Below are positions 19,686 to 28,553 of a stretch of DNA of 52,144 nucleotides, piece after piece. Within the stretch, counting starts at the first letter, position 1, and each line of letters begins with the position of its first letter. This stretch comes from Candidatus Iainarchaeum sp. (lineage in GTDB: Archaea > Iainarchaeota > Iainarchaeia > Iainarchaeales > DTGL01). The notes beneath the pieces were generated by a model, which saw only the letters and a list, made by a program, of their open reading frames with translations, had not been told where the DNA came from and did no database searches. A program made the translations under genes and the position numbers. The DNA lies in NCBI GenBank assembly GCA_038886995.1, contig JAWALG010000001.1, positions 1 to 52,144 on the forward strand, given 5' to 3'.

Positions 19686-20315
19686 TTAACGCTTAAAAAG
19701 CCCTTTAAGGCCTCCTGAAGGCTTTGGTTGCTGTGGTTGAGAAAATGGCTGCTGGGGGTATTGTGGCATATACTGCGGCGGATATTGTGCTATTTGTGCC
19801 TCAGAAATCTTGCTTATCTTGAAAAGCTCTTCTATCCTTTTTAACCTGTGGTTGAGTTCGTCAATTATTTCTACAAGCTCAACAAGTATTTTTGTTGATT
19901 TAGATCCCATAAGCTTCTCCTGAAGCTCTTCAATATTTTTTATCCTCGACTCTAAGAGCTGAACCTGCTTCTCAGAAATGCCCTCTTGCAGAAGATTTTT
20001 CAAAACCTCTTGATCCTTCCTAATTTCAGCAATTTTCTCAACCGCTAACTCAAGCTTTGATTCAACGCTATCAATGGTTTCCTCAATGGAAGTTAGCTTC
20101 TCAACATTCTCGCTATATTCGGTTAGCGGCGATCCTAAAACAATTGTCTTGTCGAGGTTGTCAAGCTCTACGCGCAAATTTTCAAGCTGGCCGACAAGAA
20201 AGTTCAGGTTTGCGTTTACCTCTGAAAGATTTTTCTGCTTTGACTGCGATATAATGGCAAGAGAACTTTCAACGCCGCCAATCTTATTCTTCACGGATTC
20301 AATCTTTGGGTCCAT
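19686..20315 (-). CDS. Coiled-coil protein with Q/P-rich linker and C-terminal amphipathic tail
   Basis: Long heptads, then QYPPQYMPQYPQQP, ending GGLKGLFKR. ATG 20315 preferred. Confidence 0.75.
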   Translation of the reverse strand: MDPKIESVKNKIGGVESSLAIISQSKQKNLSEVNANLNFLVGQLENLRVELDNLDKTIVLGSPLTEYSENVEKLTSIEETIDSVESKLELAVEKIAEIRKDQEVLKNLLQEGISEKQVQLLESRIKNIEELQEKLMGSKSTKILVELVEIIDELNHRLKRIEELFKISKISEAQIAQYPPQYMPQYPQQPFSQPQQPKPSGGLKGLFKR

Positions 20316-20450
20316 AAAAATCCCTATTCTTATTCTTAGTGTTTGCCTATATATAAATGTTTTCATAGCGGCTAAAGGCCAAATACCTGGTTCAGTAAAA
20401 GATAAATTTAAATATAAAAATGGTAATATGTATAAGCAAGAGGCGAAAAA

Positions 20451-20849
20451 ATGGAGCTTCCCATCTCTGTAATGATAACAATTTTTGTAGCCCTTGCCGT
20501 AGGTGCTATGCTCTTAACATTAAGCCAAGGTTGGCTCTCAGGCCTAGAGCTTCCTTGGGTGCCCCAAAATAAAGGTGAAACTAAAATTATCCAGCAGATA
20601 AGCATAACAAACTCACAAATAGGCAAGCTTCTAAGGTCATGTTATGAAGAAATGAATCAAAAGCCAAAAATGGAATATTATACTTGTTATGCGATAACTG
20701 TTGAAAACCCAGTAACTGTGGATCCTGCTGAAGTTGCAAAGGAATTGCCTGGAATTGACACTAATAGCTACCACATAGACAGCGGCACTACAAGAAGCAT
20801 AACAATATTTTGGAACTACCCAAGCAGTAAGGTGGAGGTGAGGGTATGA
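20451..20849 (+). CDS. Pilin-like protein without a basic leader
   Basis: MELPISVMITIFVALAVGAMLL; in-frame TAA 6 codons upstream. Confidence 0.7.
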   Translation: MELPISVMITIFVALAVGAMLLTLSQGWLSGLELPWVPQNKGETKIIQQISITNSQIGKLLRSCYEEMNQKPKMEYYTCYAITVENPVTVDPAEVAKELPGIDTNSYHIDSGTTRSITIFWNYPSSKVEVRV

Positions 20850-21406
20850 ATCAGAAAGGAATGGAAATGGCAATACAGGTCTTCATAATTCTTTTTGTGC
20901 TATTAGCTGTAGCGTTGCTTGTTTTGCAGATGGTTTCACAGCAAGTGATAAAAGTTGGCGGTGAACTCGAAAAGAAGACAATTGATGAGTGGAAACAAGA
21001 ATGCCAAAACCTATGCATAAAGGCAAAAGATATGGCAGGAAAGGTCAATTTCTGCAAACATGTTTTTACCCAAGGTGTGGATCTGACAAAAAATCAGCTC
21101 AAAAACGATTATGATGAGGAGCTACTTGCAGGTATTGGTATCTGCGAAAACCGCATACCATGCCCTATTTTGGTTGATTGTGATGCTGACGGCGCATTGC
21201 TGAAAATGGAGAGTTGTAAAAGCATAATGTGCAGTTACTGGAAGACACAGGGCTTTTCTACTGAAGAGGCAAGTGCAAACCTGAAAAAATTTATACAGCC
21301 GGGAGACTGCTATTCTGATCCAATGAACCAGCCAAACCATTGGTTCACGAGGTTATTTGACAAAAACAAAGATGGCAAAGCAAGCGATGATGAAGTGGTC
21401 TGCTAA
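20846..21406 (+). CDS. Cys-rich class III signal peptide pilin
   Basis: MNQKG|MEMAIQVFIILFVLLAVALLVL. Confidence 0.8.
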   Translation: MNQKGMEMAIQVFIILFVLLAVALLVLQMVSQQVIKVGGELEKKTIDEWKQECQNLCIKAKDMAGKVNFCKHVFTQGVDLTKNQLKNDYDEELLAGIGICENRIPCPILVDCDADGALLKMESCKSIMCSYWKTQGFSTEEASANLKKFIQPGDCYSDPMNQPNHWFTRLFDKNKDGKASDDEVVC

Positions 21407-21426
21407 AAAATCAGCGGTAGGGAAAA

Positions 21427-21837
21427 ATGGAGAATGCTGTTTGGGTAGTTTTTGGAATAATAACGGTTTTCTTAGCCATGGGGATATTGCTTACGATGGT
21501 TGAAAACAATAGGGAACAAACCAAGATAAAGACCAACGAAAATGCAGTAAAGGCCTTTGCGCAATGGTGCAATTTTGTATGTGACTCAGAGGTTGAAACG
21601 CGCCTAGGCAAAGAAATTGAAATTTCATCAGGCGCAGTCATGAGTGGCCATGGCAAAGGGGTTTGCATTGACTACAAAAACAATAAAAATTGTGAATACT
21701 GCAAATGCGATGTGAACGCTATAGAACTAAACCTAAATGAACCAGATATAATAAAAGCATACGATACCCACGCTTTCAGGTGCATATTTGAAAAAACAGA
21801 CATAGAGGTTGTGGCAATTGAATGCAGAGGTACCTAA
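21427..21837 (+). CDS. Cys-rich pilin-like protein without a basic leader
   Basis: MENAVWVVFGIITVFLAMG; in-frame TAG 3 codons upstream. Confidence 0.7.
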   Translation: MENAVWVVFGIITVFLAMGILLTMVENNREQTKIKTNENAVKAFAQWCNFVCDSEVETRLGKEIEISSGAVMSGHGKGVCIDYKNNKNCEYCKCDVNAIELNLNEPDIIKAYDTHAFRCIFEKTDIEVVAIECRGT

Positions 21838-21841
21838 GCAA

Positions 21842-22222
21842 ATGCTTCAGAAAGGCAGCATTTCAATAAATGTAATGATTTACATAGGCGTTGCCCTTGC
21901 TTGTGGCATTGCTTTGTTTTGGTTTTTGCAGAATTTCTTCAGCGCACAGATGCTTTTTGAGAAGATGGACAATGACTTAATGCATATGGCCTCAAGGATC
22001 AATGAAAACTGCGATTCTAACTATTTTTTATTTTACCACAACCCAGTAATAGAAGAAGGTAAAATTGACTTCAACAAGGACTCTGCATGCATGGAAAATA
22101 GAAATGTAAGGCGATGTGTAAAGCTTCTCTGCGGCCCAGAGTTTTTGGTAAGCTTCAAGCTTGAGGACTTAAACATAATAATTTTTGAGAAAGCTCAGAC
22201 CTTAACAATCTGGACGCAATAG
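21842..22222 (+). CDS. Class III signal peptide pilin
   Basis: MLQKG|SISINVMIYIGVALACGIALFW. Confidence 0.75.
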   Translation: MLQKGSISINVMIYIGVALACGIALFWFLQNFFSAQMLFEKMDNDLMHMASRINENCDSNYFLFYHNPVIEEGKIDFNKDSACMENRNVRRCVKLLCGPEFLVSFKLEDLNIIIFEKAQTLTIWTQ

Positions 22223-22264
22223 TTTGCAGAACCTATTTTATGCGTTTTGCCATACTCATCTTTT

Positions 22265-23446
22265 ATGGAGATTGGCATTGTTGGAGCACCAAACTCTGGA
22301 AAAAGCACCTTCTTTAATGCTTTAACATTGTGCAACGCTGAAACCGGTAACAGGCCTTTTGTCACCATAAAGCCAAATCAAGGAATTGCATATGTTAAGA
22401 TCAAATGTCCTCACACTGAAATAGGACAAAATTGCAAACCCGTGCATGGCTACTGCAAAAATGGCTGGCGATTCGTGCCAATAAAAGTTTGGGATGTCGC
22501 TGGCTTAGTGCCTGATGCGTGGCAAGGAAAAGGCCTGGGCAATCAATTTCTAAATGATATAATGGTTGCGGATGGCCTAATACATGTTTTAGATGCAAGT
22601 GGATCAACAGATACCCATGGGAATGTTGTTGGCCCGGGCAGATTTGATCCTGAGGAAACAGTAGTTTTTCTAAAAAAAGAGATGCAGTATTGGATAAAAG
22701 GAATAATAGACAGGGCTTGGCCTAACCTTAGGCATGTCAAAAATGAAATGGCTGCAAGCGTACTTGCAAAGCAGATAAGCGGCCTTGGCATAGGCGAGGA
22801 CTACATAAAGAAATGCCTTGCAGAGATAAACTCTGGCGAAAGGATATGTGATTGGAATGATGAAAGTAAGCTTGAATTTGCTGAGCTTTTGAGGCAGGAA
22901 AGCAAGCCCATGGTCATAGCGGCAAACAAAGCAGACCTCAAGGAATCTGAAGAAAACATAAAAAACCTTAGGGAAAAATTCCCTGATGAAACAATAATTC
23001 CTGTTTCTGCTGAGGCAGAGCTTGCTTTGAGAAAGGCCTCAGAGCACGGACTAATAGAATATGTTCCTGGTGAAAACGATTTTAAAATTCTAAAAGATAT
23101 TCCTGGAAAGCAGAAAGATGCGCTTGAGTTTATAAGGGAAAATGTTCTAAAAAAGTTTGGTAGCACTGGTGTGCAGCAGGTTCTGAACAAGGTTGCTTTT
23201 GATATTCTGGGAATGATTGTAGTTTTTCCGGTAGAAGACCAAGCAAAGCTTTCTGACTCTAAAGGCAATGTGCTGCCAGACGCTATGCTGCTAAAAAAAG
23301 GTTCTACTGCAATTGAACTTGCTTACAAAGTACACACAAGCATAGGTGAATCTTTTGTTGCAGCAATAAACTGCAAAACAGGGCAGAAAATAGGGAAAGA
23401 CACTGAACTCAAAAATGGTGATATTGTGAAAATAATTGCGAGGTAG
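22265..23446 (+). CDS. ychF: OBG-family ATPase YchF (archaeal type)
   Basis: GAPNSGKST, PFVTIKPN, DVAGLVPDA..GKGLGNQFL, NKAD, C-terminal TGS domain. Confidence 0.95.
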   Translation: MEIGIVGAPNSGKSTFFNALTLCNAETGNRPFVTIKPNQGIAYVKIKCPHTEIGQNCKPVHGYCKNGWRFVPIKVWDVAGLVPDAWQGKGLGNQFLNDIMVADGLIHVLDASGSTDTHGNVVGPGRFDPEETVVFLKKEMQYWIKGIIDRAWPNLRHVKNEMAASVLAKQISGLGIGEDYIKKCLAEINSGERICDWNDESKLEFAELLRQESKPMVIAANKADLKESEENIKNLREKFPDETIIPVSAEAELALRKASEHGLIEYVPGENDFKILKDIPGKQKDALEFIRENVLKKFGSTGVQQVLNKVAFDILGMIVVFPVEDQAKLSDSKGNVLPDAMLLKKGSTAIELAYKVHTSIGESFVAAINCKTGQKIGKDTELKNGDIVKIIAR

Positions 23447-23450
23447 AAAA

Positions 23451-23687
23451 TCAGGGATTTTGATCTTTTGCTGGTTCTTCTGTTATGCTTTCCTTAACCA
23501 TTTTGCAGACCCTCGCAATCTCGCTTTTCTTGTTTTTTAGTTTATGCAGAGTGTAAAAGTACGCGTTAAGTATTGAGTCCAGTGTAAGGTTCCTCTTTAT
23601 CCCAATCCTTGCAATCTCCTCAAAATAAAGCTTAACTATGCGCAATGCTATCTCTTCATCGCTAAGCTCTGATTTCTTGCTTTGCAT
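23451..23687 (-). CDS. Small hypothetical protein coupled to cdc6
   Basis: TAATG overlap with the cdc6 stop; GGAGG RBS; 78 aa, helical. Confidence 0.75.
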   Translation of the reverse strand: MQSKKSELSDEEIALRIVKLYFEEIARIGIKRNLTLDSILNAYFYTLHKLKNKKSEIARVCKMVKESITEEPAKDQNP

Positions 23688-24820
23688 TATAAAACCTCCT
23701 TTTTGGTTATCTGCTTGATTATTAACTCTTTTGGCTGTGCAAGGTCTATTTGCCTTGTCCTTCCACGAATGCCTTCCTTAATATCTTTTAATTTTATTAG
23801 CTTGAGATCTGCTAACCTGTTGAGCTTTTCCCTAAAGCTTCTTTCGGTTAATGGGCTCTGTGATTTTTCAGAGTAAAGCTTATAGAGTTCCCCTGAAAAA
23901 AGAGTGCCTTTATCGCACAAAATCCTTAGGAGTTCTTTTTCGTGTTCATCAAGAAATGGCGCGGCCTTTTGCAGTGCCCTCGGCTCTATTGTTTGAAATG
24001 CACTTTTGAGGTGTTCAACCTTTATTGCCTTAGAACCCTTATTTTCTGCAATCCTTGCAGCAGAGAGAAGGACTTCTATTGCAATCCTAGCATCGCCATT
24101 GCATTTTGCACCATATGCTGCTGCGAGGTTTATTGTGTCTTGGTCAAAAGCGTTCTCAAAGAAAGCGAGCTTTGCCCTTTCAGCAAGTATCTGCTTAAGC
24201 TGCTCCGGGGTATAGCTTGCAAATTCAATTGATTTTGCTGCCAATGAGCTTTTGACTCTTGCATCGAGAAAAGAGAGTATCTCAGTAATGTTTGAAATCA
24301 AAATCATCCCAATTTGAATACCATGCTGTTCGTTTGCCCTAAGCAAATCGTAAAGAAGCAACGAAGATGTCCTATCTTTAATAAGTTGGTCTGCCTCATC
24401 AAATACAATAACTGGACTTACCTTCTTGGCTTTGAGTGTCTGCAAAAGTTCATTGTACAATTCATCTGCTGCAAGGCCACGCCTCGGCACAGCATTGCCT
24501 AGAGATATGCAAAGCTTGTTCAATATGGCATTTCTTGTGTGATCCTCAAAGCAATTTATGTAAAGGCCTTTTGCTTTGCAAGAATGTGCTTCGAGCTCCT
24601 TTATGACATACTTTGCAGTAACTGTTTTGCCTGTGCCTGGTTGCCCAAAAATAAAAAGGTTCTGGGGTTTGCCATTTCTTAGCAAAGGCCTTAACGAACT
24701 TACAATTTCTTCTATCTGTGCATCCCTAAAAGGCAGCCGCTCAGGAACATAATCAGGGTAGAGAAATTTTTCATCTTTTATTATGCAAGCATCCTCAAAT
24801 CGGAACATATTTTTGCGCAT
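23687..24820 (-). CDS. cdc6: Orc1/Cdc6 replication initiator
   Basis: YVPERLPFRD, GQPGTGKT, YINC, VFDEAD, GDARIAI, C-terminal winged helix (GIRGRTR). Confidence 0.95.
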   Translation of the reverse strand: MRKNMFRFEDACIIKDEKFLYPDYVPERLPFRDAQIEEIVSSLRPLLRNGKPQNLFIFGQPGTGKTVTAKYVIKELEAHSCKAKGLYINCFEDHTRNAILNKLCISLGNAVPRRGLAADELYNELLQTLKAKKVSPVIVFDEADQLIKDRTSSLLLYDLLRANEQHGIQIGMILISNITEILSFLDARVKSSLAAKSIEFASYTPEQLKQILAERAKLAFFENAFDQDTINLAAAYGAKCNGDARIAIEVLLSAARIAENKGSKAIKVEHLKSAFQTIEPRALQKAAPFLDEHEKELLRILCDKGTLFSGELYKLYSEKSQSPLTERSFREKLNRLADLKLIKLKDIKEGIRGRTRQIDLAQPKELIIKQITKKEVL

Positions 24821-24864
24821 AAAAAATACCTGATGCGATTTATTTTAATTTATTAACTTTGTCC

Positions 24865-24880
24865 TTCAGCGGAAATTGGG
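24865..24880 (+). promoter_or_regulatory. ORB-like box upstream of cdc6
   Basis: TTCAGCGGAAATTGGG resembles the ORB consensus TTCCAGTGGAAA..GGG and sits next to an AT-rich tract (about 24838-24860). Confidence 0.4.
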
Positions 24881-24931
24881 TGTCATAAGGCAGTTAAGCT
24901 TGGTAAGCAGTAAAAGTATTGAGGTGATGTA

Positions 24932-25111
24932 ATGAAGGTTCCAAGGAAAGTTGATTTTGAGGAGCTTACCATTGAAACCCTTGAGTTGGAAAAAGAAAAG
25001 CTTTTTGAAAAGCTTTTCAGAAGCAAGGAACCAAAAAAGCACAGGAACATGCTCTATGAACTGCTCGGCGTGATCGACTTCAAAAAGAGGTTTGAGATAA
25101 ACGGAAGCTGA
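24932..25111 (+). CDS. Unannotated 59-aa charged protein divergent from cdc6
   Basis: GAGGTGAT RBS; MKVPRKVDFEELTIETLELEKEKLFEKLF...FKKRFEINGS*; followed by a hairpin. Confidence 0.75.
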   Translation: MKVPRKVDFEELTIETLELEKEKLFEKLFRSKEPKKHRNMLYELLGVIDFKKRFEINGS

Positions 25112-25124
25112 CTTTACAAAGGAA

Positions 25125-25146
25125 GGCAGCAGCTTTGGCTGCTGCC
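25125..25146 (+). terminator. GC-rich hairpin after the 59-aa ORF
   Basis: Perfect 9-bp stem GGCAGCAGC-TTTG-GCTGCTGCC; no U-tract. Confidence 0.45.
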
Positions 25147-25230
25147 ACCTCACCCCAACAAAGCGCCTAATGAATTCAGGCAAGAAAAGTATACGAAAGG
25201 TATTAAAATGTAAAGAACAAAGAATATCTT

Positions 25231-25521
25231 ATGGGGGAAGAGAAAAAAGAGGAAAAAAAGTCAGCACCTGCTCTAAGCACAGATGAATTTTTTAAGAAGA
25301 TTTCTGCGAGTGCAAACAAAAGTGTAGGAAATTTTGCTGCTTTTATTTTTATAGTGCTTTTTATTGGAGTGGCAATAGGCACGTACGTTGCTAGCCGACA
25401 TTCAAGGTACATAGAGCTTTCGCTTATTGCTCCATTGCTTATTGGAATAATAGCATACTACAATAGGGATTTTGCTATTTTGCTCTCGGCTATCCTAATA
25501 GGAGCGCTAATTTTCCTCTGA
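25231..25521 (+). CDS. Small membrane protein
   Basis: Charged N-terminus followed by 3 hydrophobic segments. Confidence 0.75.
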   Translation: MGEEKKEEKKSAPALSTDEFFKKISASANKSVGNFAAFIFIVLFIGVAIGTYVASRHSRYIELSLIAPLLIGIIAYYNRDFAILLSAILIGALIFL

Positions 25522-25589
25522 GCTTTTACGCAGAAAAAAATAAAATAATTCCCTTGCAGCAATATATTTGCTGCTAAGGGGTTGGTATA

Positions 25590-26126
25590 GTGGTGCCTAA
25601 ATTTAAGCCAACTGGCTTCTTTTCATCAGCTTTGGTTGTTATTTTTACTGCTGCATTAATTTCTATAATCGCATCTTATGTTAGGGAGCTTGCATTATTG
25701 AGAGAAGCCCACATAACAGCCATTGAAATGGAACAAGCCAGCTTTGCAAGGTTTCAGGTGGAGGAGAATATTTCAAAAGTAATAAAGGAAACATTAGAAT
25801 CAGAGTTATCAAAAAACAACACTGACTCGGTTATTCTTAACAGCATTGTTAGCAAAAAGGTTTCAGATGTCTATGAGAGATTCAAAAAGCATTTTGGATG
25901 CGAGTTATACATAACTGATGGCACTAGCAGATACCCTTTCACAGGCCTCAACGAACTATCCAGAACCATTGTATTTGATTCAGATGGCCTTACCATAGCA
26001 GAATATACTTACACTGGCGGCGCCATGAAAAACAAAAGCGTTGTTTGCAAAATACAGAAAGGCAGTGCATATGCTTTTGCATCACTAGTTCCAGGGTACA
26101 CTGTGAGGGCAACAAAAGTTGGTTAA
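25590..26126 (+). CDS. Minor pilin-like protein (cassette A)
   Basis: KFKPTG|FFSSALVVIFTAALISII. Confidence 0.7.
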   Translation: MVPKFKPTGFFSSALVVIFTAALISIIASYVRELALLREAHITAIEMEQASFARFQVEENISKVIKETLESELSKNNTDSVILNSIVSKKVSDVYERFKKHFGCELYITDGTSRYPFTGLNELSRTIVFDSDGLTIAEYTYTGGAMKNKSVVCKIQKGSAYAFASLVPGYTVRATKVG

Positions 26127-26127
26127 G

Positions 26128-26499
26128 ATGCATAAGAACATAGCACTAAAAAATCAAAAGGGTGTCGCAGCACTTGAAATGTTGCTATGCATAATGCTGG
26201 TAATAGTACTGCTCTCAATTGCATTGGAAAGCATTCAGAGTACTGGAAAAACTTCTTATGAAAAGCACAAAAGATTAGAGGCATATGCTAAAGCAAAAAG
26301 TTGCAGCACACTAGTGGATTCGCACTACACAAACCCACAGGTAAGTGCTTCCTTGGGGATTGATTGTGCAATTTTTGAAGGGGCAGTTGGAAGCGATTAC
26401 AATGGAAGCTTTGTGTATTCAGAGATATTCTCTGGTGCAACAATAGTCACGAAGAAGCAAGGTACCGAGGTAAAGGTTCATGGTACGCACTACAAGTAA
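26128..26499 (+). CDS. Class III signal peptide minor pilin (cassette A)
   Basis: NQKG|VAALEMLLCIMLVIVLL with E5. Confidence 0.8.
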   Translation: MHKNIALKNQKGVAALEMLLCIMLVIVLLSIALESIQSTGKTSYEKHKRLEAYAKAKSCSTLVDSHYTNPQVSASLGIDCAIFEGAVGSDYNGSFVYSEIFSGATIVTKKQGTEVKVHGTHYK

Positions 26500-26941
26500 A
26501 AAAGGCATGTTCTTTGCCTTAGACCTCTGTACAGCGTTCATAATAATACTCCTTGTTTGTTTTCTATCATTTTTCGTTTTTGTAAGAGTATCACAGTTCA
26601 GGTTAATACGCAGCAACTTTTTCGAAAATGAGCATAACGCACTTTTTGTGGATTCGCTTCTCAAAAGAAGCGTCGATGAGAATGGCTTTGCAGATGTAAG
26701 CTTTGATGAGCGGCGCGTTCTTGAGAATCGTGTAGCTGACTTTGAAGTGGCATTTGAGAAAAACAGGGAAAACCTCCTCAGGAACAAGGTTATTGCATTA
26801 AAGCTAAGCAGCAATGAGATTGTTTTGGATAAGGAAAAAATTTCTGAATGCAGAGACATGGCTATATTCAGGCGAGCATTTTTGCTCAAAGGAAAATTTA
26901 GCATTTTGGAGGTGGCCTTTTGCAATGACACAAAGCATTAA
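26480..26941 (+). CDS. Class III signal peptide minor pilin (cassette A)
   Basis: SKKG|MFFALDLCTAFIIILLV. Confidence 0.8.
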   Translation: MVRTTSKKGMFFALDLCTAFIIILLVCFLSFFVFVRVSQFRLIRSNFFENEHNALFVDSLLKRSVDENGFADVSFDERRVLENRVADFEVAFEKNRENLLRNKVIALKLSSNEIVLDKEKISECRDMAIFRRAFLLKGKFSILEVAFCNDTKH

Positions 26942-27293
26942 CGGCTTTGTATTCACAATGGAATCTTCTATTTCAGCAATGCTTTTCGCAGTAGTTGCGT
27001 TTTCTGCATTGAGCATATTTTATTTTAGCGAAGGTCCTAGAACAGAGGAGCTAATAATATTGCAAAAAGAGCACGACCTGTTGAAGATATGGCTTTTGCA
27101 AAGGCCTACTAAGGAAGAAATGGTAAATGATGCGAAACAGATATTCGGAGAAAGATTTTCACTAATCACAGATGGGATAAAAGTTTTTGATGGAAACAAA
27201 AGCAGAGGAAATTCAAATGCGATATCAAGCAAGCTTTTGGTTATAGACAAAAACCTAAAAGAAACGGAAATAATTCTTATAGCATATGATTGA
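26925..27293 (+). CDS. Minor pilin-like protein (cassette A)
   Basis: MTQSING|FVFTMESSISAMLFAVV; degenerate leader. Confidence 0.7.
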   Translation: MTQSINGFVFTMESSISAMLFAVVAFSALSIFYFSEGPRTEELIILQKEHDLLKIWLLQRPTKEEMVNDAKQIFGERFSLITDGIKVFDGNKSRGNSNAISSKLLVIDKNLKETEIILIAYD

Positions 27294-27295
27294 GT

Positions 27296-27703
27296 TTAGC
27301 AGTTTTGCACCTTTAAAAAAATAGCATCTTTTTGGCGCTTAAGCAAAAAGCAAGAGGTTTTATTCAAAGAGAGGGTGCTATTTGAAGAGATTACTTTAAA
27401 TGCAGTATCAACATTAATGTCAGAACCATTGACTGAAAGTGTTATAAGCCCAGGCCTTATTGAAAAGTTCCAATCTTGCAAGGGATTGCATCTAAGTTCA
27501 AGTTCAGAGCCCTCGGAAAGTTGTTCCATTAGCTTTATTGAGCTTTTAAGCTCTGAGGCAAAAAGCTTTGCATTTGCCAAATCAATTGCTTTAATGGATT
27601 TGCTATAGGCCCTACTGGCTGAAGGTAGAATAAGGCACATGGCAGCAATTGCCACGGCAAGCACTATCAAAAACTCCAAGGAAATTTGCGCTTTTTGGTT
27701 CAT
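27296..27703 (-). CDS. Class III signal peptide pilin (QxSLE type)
   Basis: MNQKA|QISLEFLIVLAVAIAAM. Confidence 0.85.
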   Translation of the reverse strand: MNQKAQISLEFLIVLAVAIAAMCLILPSASRAYSKSIKAIDLANAKLFASELKSSIKLMEQLSEGSELELRCNPLQDWNFSIRPGLITLSVNGSDINVDTAFKVISSNSTLSLNKTSCFLLKRQKDAIFLKVQNC

Positions 27704-27710
27704 TAGACCA

Positions 27711-27896
27711 CTAGCTTAAGTTGCCTATATCATCTACCTTCTTGAAAAGCTCTTGCGAGCGCTTGTCTATGGACTTGCTTGCTTGAGTTGCTGATGCTTG
27801 AAGCTTTGATACAACAAGCAATGCAACCACTATAAGCGCTGCTAGCACAAGAATCATTTCAAGGGAAATCTGTGCTTTATTGCCTATGCCTCTCAT
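27711..27896 (-). CDS. Short Flp-sized class III signal peptide pilin
   Basis: NKA|QISLEMILVLAALIVVALLVV; 61 aa; GGGGT RBS. Confidence 0.85.
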   Translation of the reverse strand: MRGIGNKAQISLEMILVLAALIVVALLVVSKLQASATQASKSIDKRSQELFKKVDDIGNLS

Positions 27897-27966
27897 ACCA
27901 ACCCCCTTGCAGCATAAAGGAATTGCTGAGCAAAATGTTTAAAAAATATGTTTGTAAAAGCTTGAT

Positions 27967-28548
27967 ATGAAGAGAAGAGAGTTACAGGATCTCATAATAA
28001 GCTGGCTTACAATAAGCATTGCTTTCACAAGGATAGGCCGTCTTCTTGACTTAGGGCATTTTTTCTACCTTTTCCCAATTAGCTTGATCGCGGTGGGTAC
28101 TGGTTTTGTAGCACATGAACTAGCGCACAGAGCAGTAGCAAGAAAATATGGCTGCCACGCAGAGTTTGTGATGTGGCCTGAAGGCCTGATTATCGCGCTT
28201 ATATCTTCTCTCATTGGCTTTATCTTTGCTGCACCTGGCGCAGTATATGTATATGGCCCTCACTTAACAAGGAGGCAAAACGCAAAGATCTCGCTTGCTG
28301 GACCTGTGATGAATACTGCAATTGGTATTTTTTTCCTTTTTATATCTTTCTTCTTTATTGGAAACAGGGGCACATACATTGGTGAACTTTTTTTCGGAGT
28401 TGCAACTTTAAACCTTTGGTTTGCAACTTTCAATCTTATTCCGTTTCCACCATTAGATGGGAGTAAGATATTGACATACTTCCCGGGCATTTGGCTGATG
28501 CTTTTATTGGGAAATATTTCAATGCTTGCATTTGTTGGCTTCTTTTAA
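27967..28548 (+). CDS. Site-2 protease (M50) family metalloprotease
   Basis: HELAH, ISLAGP, NLIPFPPLDG. Confidence 0.93.
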   Translation: MKRRELQDLIISWLTISIAFTRIGRLLDLGHFFYLFPISLIAVGTGFVAHELAHRAVARKYGCHAEFVMWPEGLIIALISSLIGFIFAAPGAVYVYGPHLTRRQNAKISLAGPVMNTAIGIFFLFISFFFIGNRGTYIGELFFGVATLNLWFATFNLIPFPPLDGSKILTYFPGIWLMLLLGNISMLAFVGFF

Positions 28549-28553
28549 TTAGT

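Noticed and set aside
24866-25183. 105-aa minus-strand ORF from the track
   Set aside because: Antisense shadow of the plus-strand 59-aa ORF, which has a strong RBS.
27967-28548. M50 protease as the prepilin peptidase
   Set aside because: Class III leaders are cut by GxGD aspartic peptidases (PibD/FlaK). None is seen here, and adjacency alone is not evidence.
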